Source: Actinomycetota bacterium (GTDB lineage Bacteria > Actinomycetota > Actinomycetes > S36-B12 > UBA5976). From it: 35,097 nt of DNA. The stretch covers positions 1-35,097 of the forward strand of contig JBDKLK010000001.1 of assembly GCA_039795655.1 (NCBI GenBank), read 5' to 3'. The position numbers and the translations under genes are program-made. The notes beneath the pieces are model-generated. The model was not told the origin of the DNA, searched no databases, and saw nothing but the letters and a program-made list of their open reading frames with translations. How positions within the stretch are numbered: the first letter of the stretch is position 1; the number at the start of each line of letters is the position of its first letter. Of the stretch, positions 1 to 7,823 are shown one piece after another.

Positions 1-1
1 A

Positions 2-412
2 AATGACAAGCGATCAATTTTTGGACTAGAGCTTGAAAGAAAGAATCTCGGCACACACATAGGTGCAGATTTACGAGATAAGAGTTGTCCTGTTTGTGGC
101 CATGACAGTTTGGTAATGGGCTCCACTACAGGTGGAACTTTTTGTCGGAATATACCAATTTGTGAATTCTTAGCTCCTAAATGCGAATGTGGAAATCGAA
201 TGATTTACACAGGTCAAGATTCACAAAGGTTTTACTGTTCAGCACATCCGGAAAACGAGTTTCCTCAATGTCCAGAGTGTTCTTGGGGCGTCCTTGTTCC
301 AAGGGTGAACTCAAAAACACTGGAATCTTTCACCATATGTCACGCAAAGCGCTATGCACATAAGCCATCAGTCATCAAAAAGTATAAGAAGAAGCACATA
401 GTTTTTGAATAA
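2..412 (+). CDS. 3' end of a larger gene whose start lies left of the window. The encoded tail carries three Cys-rich zinc-ribbon modules (topoisomerase-type C4 zinc-finger-like).
   Basis: Frame 2 is open from nt 2, with no stop and no ATG/GTG/TTG before 110, so the 110 start in the ORF track is a window-edge artefact. The translation reads ...DKSCPVCGHDSLVMGSTTGGTFCRNIPICEF (CxxC-x15-C-x5-C), then CECGNRMIYTGQDSQRFYCSAH..QCPECSWGVLVPRV..ICHAKRYAH. Confidence 0.55.
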   Translation, partial: NDKRSIFGLELERKNLGTHIGADLRDKSCPVCGHDSLVMGSTTGGTFCRNIPICEFLAPKCECGNRMIYTGQDSQRFYCSAHPENEFPQCPECSWGVLVPRVNSKTLESFTICHAKRYAHKPSVIKKYKKKHIVFE

Positions 413-451
413 GGACTATGAAAAAGGTCGGCGCTCTGAAAAGATAGTCTT

Positions 452-2512
452 TTGCATCAAGAACGTGGGGTTTATGTGGATTTCAAAGATCTAGAACGTA
501 AAGCGAAAGCTGGAGATCCAGCAGCAGCTTTTGAGTATGGCAAAAAGAGTATTGAACGCGGGTACGAAGAAATTGGTCGTAAATGGTTGCAATTCGCGAT
601 TGAAAAAGGCTCTGTCGAAGCTTCTCTTGAGCTCGCAAGAATTCTAAACCTGGCAGGCGATAAAGATGGAGCAAGAAAAGCACTTGTTCTAGCGACTAAT
701 GCAATGCATCCAATGTCTTTCTTCACCGCGGGCATGATTTATCTTTCAGAACAAGACTTTCAGATGGCTGAAGCACTATTCAGATTGGCTCATCAACATG
801 GAGTGGAAGCTGCACTTGAACTTGCAGAAGGAATGCAAATATTTCGATTAGGACAACAAATTGAGAATAAGCAACACCTGAAGCTTGAAGCTGAAGTTGA
901 AAACATACTTGGACACAAAGTTGCCAAGGAAGGAAATTTTGAGGTCAGAAAAAATTGGTGGATAGATTGGTTTCCACCTAACTATGCACCAGAAAATCTA
1001 AGAAAAGCAGGCAAGGCTTACATTCGTGACTTTGATTGGCAGATTTCACAACTAACGATTTACTCTGCCAAACGCGAAAATCTTTCGCATTGGAATGAAC
1101 AGGTCGCGCGCTACGGTAGTGAAGAAAAAGCTGCAGCGAAGGTTTGTAGTGATCCGATTGCACTCCAAAGGGCTGTTGGGTTTGTTGAAGCAAACAACAT
1201 TGCAGAATTTCTCGGTTTAAAAAGTAATATGGAGAGAAAGTTCTCCCAACTAAGCGACGACAACATTCAAGGTCAGTTGCCAAATTATCTGAGCGAACAA
1301 GCGAAAATTTACTTGCGACTTAATCCAGAGGCTGTCCACAGAATTTTGACAATGATTTGTTACTTACTTTGGTCTGATGCTCCAAGAAACAACAAGCTGT
1401 TTGAATCAGAAGCAGCATTAAGTTTTGAATATGAAAATGGTAAATTAGAGTCAGCTGAAAAGAATCACCTCCAAGAACTGCGGCAAGAAATAGAGGACAA
1501 GCAACTTGTGGACTTTCAGATTCTGGAAAGAAACAGAAGCATGGTGCACCACTTTTCGAATGCATTCCCGCAAACAGGACATACACACCTAAAAGGCATG
1601 TGGCCACTCGCAGGCTGGAACGGCGCTGGCAATAGAAAACGAGTTTCTGGATGCACAGTCAATTTCCGAAATGGTGGATGGCATTGTGAAGTAGATCAAT
1701 TTGAAGAAACAGACTCAAGTTCACTTCCAGAGATTCCGCATCAAGTCATTCCTTCAAGAATTGCTAAAAATGCTGTCAAGAAAGTTGCTAAGAAAGTGGT
1801 TAAGGCAAGTCCACCATCCAAAAAAGTAATAGCAAAGAAAATGCCAGCAAAAAAGATAGCTCCAGCAAAGAAGATTACGAATATAAATAAGGCTATGCCA
1901 GCTAAGAAAATCGTTAAGAAAGCCGCTTTGCCAATCAAGAAATCAAATCCTCCGATGCCAAGCTTCGAGAATCTGGAAATGAATGGTTCAGAATTGACTT
2001 TGTCCAGATTGATTGACATCGCAGTTCAAAAAGGGGATCTCCCAATTCCGAAAGCTGCGCCTGGTTGGCAGGATAGAAAAATCGAGATTGGACCGATTGG
2101 TGGAAGGGTTCGGACTAGTGGTTGGATGTTGTTGTTCACCTTCAGCCTTGGAAAAATTTCTGGCAAGGGTGGCGTCTCGAATACCGTTGAGAAGATTGCA
2201 GCTCCTTTCCCGCCAGAAGTGAGAATCTCTGGAACATTAGCTCCTCAGCCAGAACTCACACTTCATATCGCGATACCTGGAACTCCAACTGATGATGATA
2301 GAGCTGTAACACAAACTTTCATCCAAGTGGCAAATGTCGTAGTAGATGTTTTAAGAGTCGCGATAGAAACAGGCACTTTGATTGAACCAACGGAGCAAGC
2401 CTTAGGCGCGATTGGGTTAGTTAAACCCGCATTCATCGTTAGCAAACATAAATCAAGAAACTGGAATGACAGAAACCTCGGCGGAAAATTGCTCTACGGT
2501 GAGAGCCAATAA
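452..2512 (+). CDS. Sel1-like repeat protein with an internal Lys/Ala/Pro-rich basic tract and uncharacterised middle and C-terminal domains
   Basis: 686-aa ORF starting at TTG 452; in-frame GTG 476 is an alternative start. The N-terminal ~130 aa show Sel1/TPR-like helical pairs (WLQFAIEKGSVEASLELARIL; LFRLAHQHGVEAALELAEGM). aa 437-497 form a basic tract with 21 Lys in 61 residues. The stop TAA overlaps the ATG of the next gene (TAATG, 2510-2514). Confidence 0.6.
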   Translation: MHQERGVYVDFKDLERKAKAGDPAAAFEYGKKSIERGYEEIGRKWLQFAIEKGSVEASLELARILNLAGDKDGARKALVLATNAMHPMSFFTAGMIYLSEQDFQMAEALFRLAHQHGVEAALELAEGMQIFRLGQQIENKQHLKLEAEVENILGHKVAKEGNFEVRKNWWIDWFPPNYAPENLRKAGKAYIRDFDWQISQLTIYSAKRENLSHWNEQVARYGSEEKAAAKVCSDPIALQRAVGFVEANNIAEFLGLKSNMERKFSQLSDDNIQGQLPNYLSEQAKIYLRLNPEAVHRILTMICYLLWSDAPRNNKLFESEAALSFEYENGKLESAEKNHLQELRQEIEDKQLVDFQILERNRSMVHHFSNAFPQTGHTHLKGMWPLAGWNGAGNRKRVSGCTVNFRNGGWHCEVDQFEETDSSSLPEIPHQVIPSRIAKNAVKKVAKKVVKASPPSKKVIAKKMPAKKIAPAKKITNINKAMPAKKIVKKAALPIKKSNPPMPSFENLEMNGSELTLSRLIDIAVQKGDLPIPKAAPGWQDRKIEIGPIGGRVRTSGWMLLFTFSLGKISGKGGVSNTVEKIAAPFPPEVRISGTLAPQPELTLHIAIPGTPTDDDRAVTQTFIQVANVVVDVLRVAIETGTLIEPTEQALGAIGLVKPAFIVSKHKSRNWNDRNLGGKLLYGESQ
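1760..1945 (+). repeat. Low-complexity coding repeat encoding a histone-H1-like (M)PAKKI/AKKV basic tract
   Basis: Translation is IAKNAVKKVAKKVVKASPPSKKVIAKKMPAKKIAPAKKITNINKAMPAKKIVKKAALPIKK. The DNA units atgccagc(a/t)aa(a/g)aa recur. Confidence 0.8.
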
Positions 2513-4194
2513 TGCCTAGCAAAATCTTTCCAGCAGACTTCGATATCGAGTTGCTCAATGAATCAGAGAAAAAAGTTCTGGAAGTGCTCATTAAAAAACT
2601 GCCTGATGATTCACGTGTTTATCCCTCAGTAGATGGGTTTGCGAGATTCACAAGAAGAGAAATTGATTTTGTTGTTGTGATCCCTGGTGCAGGTGTTGCT
2701 CTTCTTGAAGTAAAAAACGGATTTGAACTCAAAGACGGGAAATGGACTCAATATGATCGCACCAAAAATAAACGTGATTATTTGAATGTTTCGTTGCAAC
2801 TAGACGCTGAAAGAGAACTATTCCAAATACTTATAGATTCATATCTACATCGCAGATCGCAACCGAGATTTGTTTCTTTTCTAGTGTTAACGGACCTAAA
2901 CCTAGAAAGCAATCAAGTTGTTCCTAAAGACATTGAACGAAGTCGAATTATCCCCAAGAATCAACTAGAACATATTGTCAGCATTGTTTCACAATACCTG
3001 AATGCAAATAAAGGTGTGAATCCTTGTGATGATTACACAATAGAGAAAATAAACGATGCAATTCTCAACCGTGGTGATTTATATGAAGATTTCGTTAAGA
3101 ACACTTCATACAGAGCTGAAACTGTAGAGTCATTGACAATGGAACAAGCTTTCGTTCTAGACATGTTGGAAGACAATTCCCGCGTATATATAAACGGTGG
3201 CCCAGGTACCGGTAAAACTATTTTGGCAATAGAAATGGCACATAAACTCAGTTCCCAAGGGAAAAAAGTAGGGCTGGTTTGTTTTAACCATGGTCTTTCC
3301 TACGAAATCAAGAATCGAATTTTGGGCTGGAACCAAGAACTCACTTTTCAAGGAACTGTTAAAGAGGGATTGGCAGAATATCTCGGTGTCTCGCTTCCAG
3401 TAGTCCCAGAGGGTCAAAAGAAAATAGACCACTATTGGGAAAAAATGGTTCCAAAACTTATAAAGCGTGCTTCTCGAAAACTTGCAAAAGAGAAGAAATT
3501 TGATGCTTGGGTAGTTGACGAGGCTCAAGACATTTCACCGCAAGAACTTGAAAATCTCGAACGACTTTTGCAAGATAAAAAGAATGGCGCTATTTATCTG
3601 TTTGGCGATCCAAGACAGAATATTTTCAAGATAAAGAGCTCAGTTCCTTGGCATCTAGCACACGCACGCCTCATGTTTAATGTTCGTTGTACGGCATCCA
3701 TTGCAAACCTGCTAAATGCACTCACTCCAAACACAAAATCGATTTTTGTAGGTGACACTTCACGTCGACTCCCCGCTTATGTAGTTGTTGAGAACAGAGA
3801 TGAAATTGAAGACGGCGTAGACGAGGCAATCAAACTTCTGCTCAAATCAAATTGGGAGAAGCGAAATATTGCAGTAGTTGCCACTGGTCAGAGACTTGCG
3901 AAACACGATGAACATCGAAAGACGATTGGGACTGATAATGAATACTGGTCTGATTTCATAAATGCCAACGACGTCTTCTACTCAAGGTTGATGGCATTCA
4001 AAGGGTTGGAAAGACCGGCTGTTGTGGTTGCGTTCAATTCCGAATCTCAAAATGATGAAGAAATCAAGGAACTACTTTTCACCGCGGCGGGTCGTGCGCG
4101 AGATGAGCTAGTTTTAGTCTTAACTAAAAGTGATCTTGACTTTTTAAAAGACCTGAAGGAATTAGTGGTCGATTATCGAATTTCTAGTAAGTAG
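2512..4194 (+). CDS. NERD-domain (PD-(D/E)xK nuclease-like) protein fused to a compact SF1 UvrD/RecD-like helicase/ATPase
   Basis: 560-aa ORF. N-terminal NERD-like signature REIDFVVVIPGAGVALLEVKNG. Walker A INGGPGTGKT, Walker B WVVDEAQDI, LFGDPRQ, and C-terminal FKGLERPAVVV and FTAAGRARDELVLV. The start overlaps the upstream stop, with a GGTGAGAG purine run just upstream. Confidence 0.8.
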   Translation: MPSKIFPADFDIELLNESEKKVLEVLIKKLPDDSRVYPSVDGFARFTRREIDFVVVIPGAGVALLEVKNGFELKDGKWTQYDRTKNKRDYLNVSLQLDAERELFQILIDSYLHRRSQPRFVSFLVLTDLNLESNQVVPKDIERSRIIPKNQLEHIVSIVSQYLNANKGVNPCDDYTIEKINDAILNRGDLYEDFVKNTSYRAETVESLTMEQAFVLDMLEDNSRVYINGGPGTGKTILAIEMAHKLSSQGKKVGLVCFNHGLSYEIKNRILGWNQELTFQGTVKEGLAEYLGVSLPVVPEGQKKIDHYWEKMVPKLIKRASRKLAKEKKFDAWVVDEAQDISPQELENLERLLQDKKNGAIYLFGDPRQNIFKIKSSVPWHLAHARLMFNVRCTASIANLLNALTPNTKSIFVGDTSRRLPAYVVVENRDEIEDGVDEAIKLLLKSNWEKRNIAVVATGQRLAKHDEHRKTIGTDNEYWSDFINANDVFYSRLMAFKGLERPAVVVAFNSESQNDEEIKELLFTAAGRARDELVLVLTKSDLDFLKDLKELVVDYRISSK

Positions 4195-4242
4195 TTCTCT
4201 AAACGAGTCTCAATACTATAGTTCTTCATTCCTTGAAAAAAT

Positions 4243-6162
4243 CTAGAAATTTTCTGTTTGTATCCATTCAGATAAGCAATCACCTATACCTTGATGATTT
4301 TCAGCATCAAAAACGCTGATTGAATCTTCACCTAATCCTTGGGTAAGAATGTCTGTAATTGAATTTTCCGATTTGGAGTAATGTAGTTTGCTAGCACTTG
4401 GATCATCAATCTCACCTTTTATAACCAAGTTAACGAGAACTGCATTCCATCCTGTATCCCCCTTCTTCCTAAGTACTCTTCCCATTCTTTGAGTAACAAC
4501 TGTTTTTGAGGGTTTATGTGTGCCCATAAACACTGCTATTCGAGAGTATGGGATATCTACACCTTCATCAAGGATTTTTGGTGCACAAACCGCATCAAGC
4601 TCTCGCTTTCTCTCATCAACCGGCGCGAGTTTCGTGTTTAGAATTGTTGGTCGATCAAAAAGCACGTCCTCACCGTGCATTTCTATAGACCGCACTTTTA
4701 AGTTGAGTAAGAGATCATTGACTTCGGTCATTACTTGTTTGGTATCGCAAAAAATCAGAGTTCTTCCAGTTTGTCTTAATAGTTGTTGAATAGCTTTTAT
4801 TCCTGCTAGTTTGTCTGCTTTTGCAAGAACTTCAAAGTAGTCCTTTAGACTTGATTTATATTTCTGAGCATGTCCCAATTCATCCTCATTTAATCGGATA
4901 ATTTGATCGACTTCTTCATCGAGTGTAGAGCTGGTCTTAAGTTTACGTTTCCAGCCAAATAAATCGTTTTTTGCTAATTGAAGTCTATCTGCTGCTTTTC
5001 TGAATTTTAGTTTGTCATGAATATTACTCTGACACGCAATTGTAATTACCTTGTATTTCGCAACTACATTATCTTCTACTGCGGCTGGATATGAATAATT
5101 AAAAGTAATAGTTTGATTAAAAAATCTAAACAATTTATAGGCATTCGGCCCATCACTTCCTAAATATGCGGTGAGACCTATGGCTTCTTGGTAGTTATCA
5201 ATCAAGATATTCGACCAAGTTTCAGAAGCATAATGATGAACTTCATCAATGACGATTAGTGGCCGCATTCGTTTTTCTGGGTGTTTTTCACTCTTACTTA
5301 CTAGAGATTGAACAAGGGCAACAAGAATGTTTGGACCTTGACCATTCCAGCCGGCGTAGTGACTCTTCCCGTGCATAGAGAATAAATTGAAACTCCCACT
5401 TCTATCAATTTGATAGTGCCTGAAAGGACTTACAGATGCGTTATTGCTCTCTTTGAATGAATCTTCTATCCATTGATCTAGTAGCAATTTACGATGTGTA
5501 ACAACTACAACAGGACGATTCTCAGATATAGCTTCCAAAATGCACAGCAACCCTAGAAGTGTTTTTCCACTACCAGTGGCAGCTTCGATTATCGACTTAC
5601 GCCCGTGAGATGCCCAACTTAGGAGAGCACGATTTTGCCATGTTCGAATTTCGCCGAATGAAGAAAGAAAATCCAAATATTTATTGTCAACTTTCCACTC
5701 TCTACAATGAAACAGGAGAGAAATAAGGAGAAGCATCCCTTCCACCGTAAGATTTGGATACATTTCGCCAGAATTGAAAGAAATATATAGTGTGATATCA
5801 ATTTTGGTGAGATCACTATGAATTGGACAAGTGAAATCCTTCAATTCTTTTTTGTAATCTCGAATTTCACTTGAAAACTTTTTATTATGGACAGCCAAAA
5901 GCACTAAAAGTTTTGATAGTTGACAAGTGCTCTGGTATACAAATCTTTTTGCTGATTGTTCTTCATAAATATCAAGATTGAACTTCCCATTTTCATCAAT
6001 CATCCATGTCACATTTGACGTCATTTTCTCAATTCGGACTTTTAGTTGACTTCCAATAGCTTTTTCAAAATCGAAATCATTTTCGAAATTCAAGTCAAGA
6101 TTTAATTCATTAAAACTTAAACCATATTTTTCAACTAATTCATACAAAGCATCAGTTTGCAT
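4243..6162 (-). CDS. SF2 DEAD/DEAH-box (ResIII-type) helicase with an unassigned ~175-aa N-terminal domain
   Basis: 639-aa ORF. Motif I AATGSGKTLLGL, motif II VIDEVHHY, helicase-C segment TLIFCDT..LDEGVDIP, motif VI QRMGRVLR. It is convergent with the NERD-helicase gene across a 48-nt gap. Confidence 0.8.
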   Translation of the reverse strand: MQTDALYELVEKYGLSFNELNLDLNFENDFDFEKAIGSQLKVRIEKMTSNVTWMIDENGKFNLDIYEEQSAKRFVYQSTCQLSKLLVLLAVHNKKFSSEIRDYKKELKDFTCPIHSDLTKIDITLYISFNSGEMYPNLTVEGMLLLISLLFHCREWKVDNKYLDFLSSFGEIRTWQNRALLSWASHGRKSIIEAATGSGKTLLGLLCILEAISENRPVVVVTHRKLLLDQWIEDSFKESNNASVSPFRHYQIDRSGSFNLFSMHGKSHYAGWNGQGPNILVALVQSLVSKSEKHPEKRMRPLIVIDEVHHYASETWSNILIDNYQEAIGLTAYLGSDGPNAYKLFRFFNQTITFNYSYPAAVEDNVVAKYKVITIACQSNIHDKLKFRKAADRLQLAKNDLFGWKRKLKTSSTLDEEVDQIIRLNEDELGHAQKYKSSLKDYFEVLAKADKLAGIKAIQQLLRQTGRTLIFCDTKQVMTEVNDLLLNLKVRSIEMHGEDVLFDRPTILNTKLAPVDERKRELDAVCAPKILDEGVDIPYSRIAVFMGTHKPSKTVVTQRMGRVLRKKGDTGWNAVLVNLVIKGEIDDPSASKLHYSKSENSITDILTQGLGEDSISVFDAENHQGIGDCLSEWIQTENF

Positions 6163-6248
6163 TGTCCCCCAATAACTTTCAAATGTATGAGAAAATCAGA
6201 GGCAATGATGTCACCATTTGTAGTTCATCTCAAGAACATTGTTGCTAA

Positions 6249-7016
6249 CTAACCCTTAGAAATACTCGAGTTTGTCCAGGTAGAAATACGACGAGGTGCG
6301 CGACCAGTGACGCGAGCTGCTTTGCGATAAAGCATCGCTGGTTTGCCTACTCCGACGCTACGTGTTTCGCCCAGTGGTTCTAGGTAACGCTCGAAAGTTC
6401 TGCGGAAGGCGTCACGCGAATAAACCTCACGGCCCAAGACAGCGCAATGCACTTCAAACAGGTCTGGCATAGTGAAAATTTCATCTAGGAAATTGCGCGG
6501 ATCGATTTCTTTGAAGTATTTGCTACGCAAGTAATCGATAGCTGCATCAATAATTTTTTGGTGATCGAGTGGCAGCACAGCTTGTGAGTTACTAAACCGG
6601 ATTTCGTGGTCATCCACGATTGCAAGTGTTCGGTGTTCTGGATCTTGCGAGACTGCTTCGAGAGCAACCTTGTATGGCACCGCCACAACGTGACCAACCG
6701 ACATAGTCCAACCGCGCGGGTCGCGTTTTGGGTCATCGAGTACGAGGAGCTGGCGGGGAGTGAAACCGATGATGCCAGCTTTTTCTGCCAGGCAGATGGT
6801 CGCGGATTCGGCTAGGCGCTGGTGTTCGCGGACGAAACGACCGGGAATCATCCACTTGTCAGCCTGGAAACCTTCATCCCTACGGACGAGCAGAGTCTGG
6901 AGCGTGCGCTCGCCGGATTCGTCTGGGTCGCTCACGGTCAAAATGGCAATATCGACGGCCATATGAACGCCTGGAAAGCCGTCTAGACTCTCAAAATCAC
7001 TATATGTCAGGGTCAT
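6249..7016 (-). CDS. nrtR: NrtR-family transcriptional regulator (non-canonical Nudix domain + C-terminal winged helix)
   Basis: 255-aa ORF. Nudix fold with degenerate box GRFVREHQRLAESATICLAEKAGI, an RDPRGW segment, and a C-terminal FTMPDLFEVHCAVLGREVYSRDAFRRTFERYLEPLGE..GKPAMLYRK typical of the NrtR wHTH. There is no Shine-Dalgarno, and a TAATAT hexamer ends 6 nt upstream of the ATG. Confidence 0.7.
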   Translation of the reverse strand: MTLTYSDFESLDGFPGVHMAVDIAILTVSDPDESGERTLQTLLVRRDEGFQADKWMIPGRFVREHQRLAESATICLAEKAGIIGFTPRQLLVLDDPKRDPRGWTMSVGHVVAVPYKVALEAVSQDPEHRTLAIVDDHEIRFSNSQAVLPLDHQKIIDAAIDYLRSKYFKEIDPRNFLDEIFTMPDLFEVHCAVLGREVYSRDAFRRTFERYLEPLGETRSVGVGKPAMLYRKAARVTGRAPRRISTWTNSSISKG

Positions 7017-7022
7017 GTGGCA

Positions 7023-7028
7023 ATATTA
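7023..7028 (-). promoter_or_regulatory. Possible -10 hexamer (TAATAT on the minus strand) for a leaderless nrtR transcript
   Basis: Forward atatta at 7023-7028 reads TAATAT on the minus strand. It sits 6 nt from the A of the ATG at 7016, and no SD lies between them. Confidence 0.3.
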
Positions 7029-7035
7029 ATTCGTA

Positions 7036-7099
7036 TTCGCAATTAATCCAAATAGGAATCTGAGAGCAAATGTCAGGGACCCTGTGCTATAATTGCGGA
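7036..7099. promoter_or_regulatory. Pair of inverted 10-mers (TAATTGCG(A/G)A), a candidate operator for the adjacent NrtR-like regulator
   Basis: Forward ttcgcaatta (7036-7045) is the reverse complement of taattgcgaa. Forward taattgcgga lies at 7090-7099, a 9/10 match. The second copy overlaps the -10 box and continues into the small palindrome TGCGgaatCGCA (7094-7105). The first copy lies inside ATTAATT-n9-AATTAAT (7025-7047). Confidence 0.4.
7085..7093 (+). promoter_or_regulatory. Extended -10 promoter element TGcTATAAT for the phosphatase operon
   Basis: Perfect TATAAT at 7088-7093 is preceded by TGc, 65 nt upstream of ATG 7158. GGGAGG Shine-Dalgarno at 7147-7152. Confidence 0.45.
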
Positions 7100-7157
7100 A
7101 TCGCACAAATTAAGTCTCAAACTAAAGAGTGCGCAGTTAACTAAACGGGAGGAAAAC

Positions 7158-7757
7158 ATGGCGAATTCGCCAAAACAGCACGAACCAGAGAGTCACCCAG
7201 AAGCACTTACACGCCCAGCGGCCCCGAAGTGGTTCAACTACGAAGATCCAATTTGGTCTGAAATCGTTCCAGGCCTTTGGCAAGGTGGAACTAACGATGT
7301 GGACATTGTTGGCAATCCACTACCAGCTCCAATCATCTCGGCAGAAAACTTCGACACCGTCGTAACAATGTATGCCTACGCAAATCCGGTTGATTGGTTC
7401 GTAAAAGAATTGCGTTTCGCAATTTATGACCACGACATTGAACACTTCGATCTCGAAGAACTGTTTAGCGTTGTGAAGTTTGCACACGCAGACTGGAAAA
7501 AAGGCAAGCGAGTTTTGGTTCGCTGCCAGGCAGGACTAAATCGTTCAGGTCTTGTCACCGCGTTGATTTTGATTCGCGATGGTTACACACCACAAGAAGC
7601 AATCACAAAACAACGTCTCAATCGCGATGCTTCAGTTTTGTTCAACCAACGTTTCGAAAAATGGTTGATGAATCTCGATGTTGATGTGTGGAGAGCTGAT
7701 GTTTATCCATCAACTTCTTCGTCCCCAGACAATGTTGATTCAAGGTCTGCCGCATAA
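7158..7757 (+). CDS. Cys-based dual-specificity (PTP-superfamily) phosphatase
   Basis: 199-aa ORF with a strong SD. It has the DSP-like IVPGLWQGG segment, an intact P-loop VLVRCQAGLNRSGLV (CX5R-S, nt 7524-7547) and upstream acidic residues (YDHDIEHFD) as general-acid candidates. Confidence 0.75.
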   Translation: MANSPKQHEPESHPEALTRPAAPKWFNYEDPIWSEIVPGLWQGGTNDVDIVGNPLPAPIISAENFDTVVTMYAYANPVDWFVKELRFAIYDHDIEHFDLEELFSVVKFAHADWKKGKRVLVRCQAGLNRSGLVTALILIRDGYTPQEAITKQRLNRDASVLFNQRFEKWLMNLDVDVWRADVYPSTSSSPDNVDSRSAA

Positions 7758-7823
7758 CAGAAGTTAAAACTTCATAACAACTAAATATAACAACCTAAAC
7801 TTAGAAAGAAGTTGATAAACAAA

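Noticed and set aside
110-412. The ORF-track 100-aa protein read as a complete small zinc-finger gene
   Set aside because: The frame is open back to nt 2 and simply lacks a start codon before 110. The gene is almost certainly the truncated 3' end of a larger gene starting left of the window.
4243-6162. Type I/III restriction enzyme Res subunit or Hachiman HamB assignment for the SF2 helicase
   Set aside because: I recognise no methyltransferase, specificity subunit or DUF1837-like partner gene adjacent to it. Assigning it to a named system would be unsupported without HMM searches.
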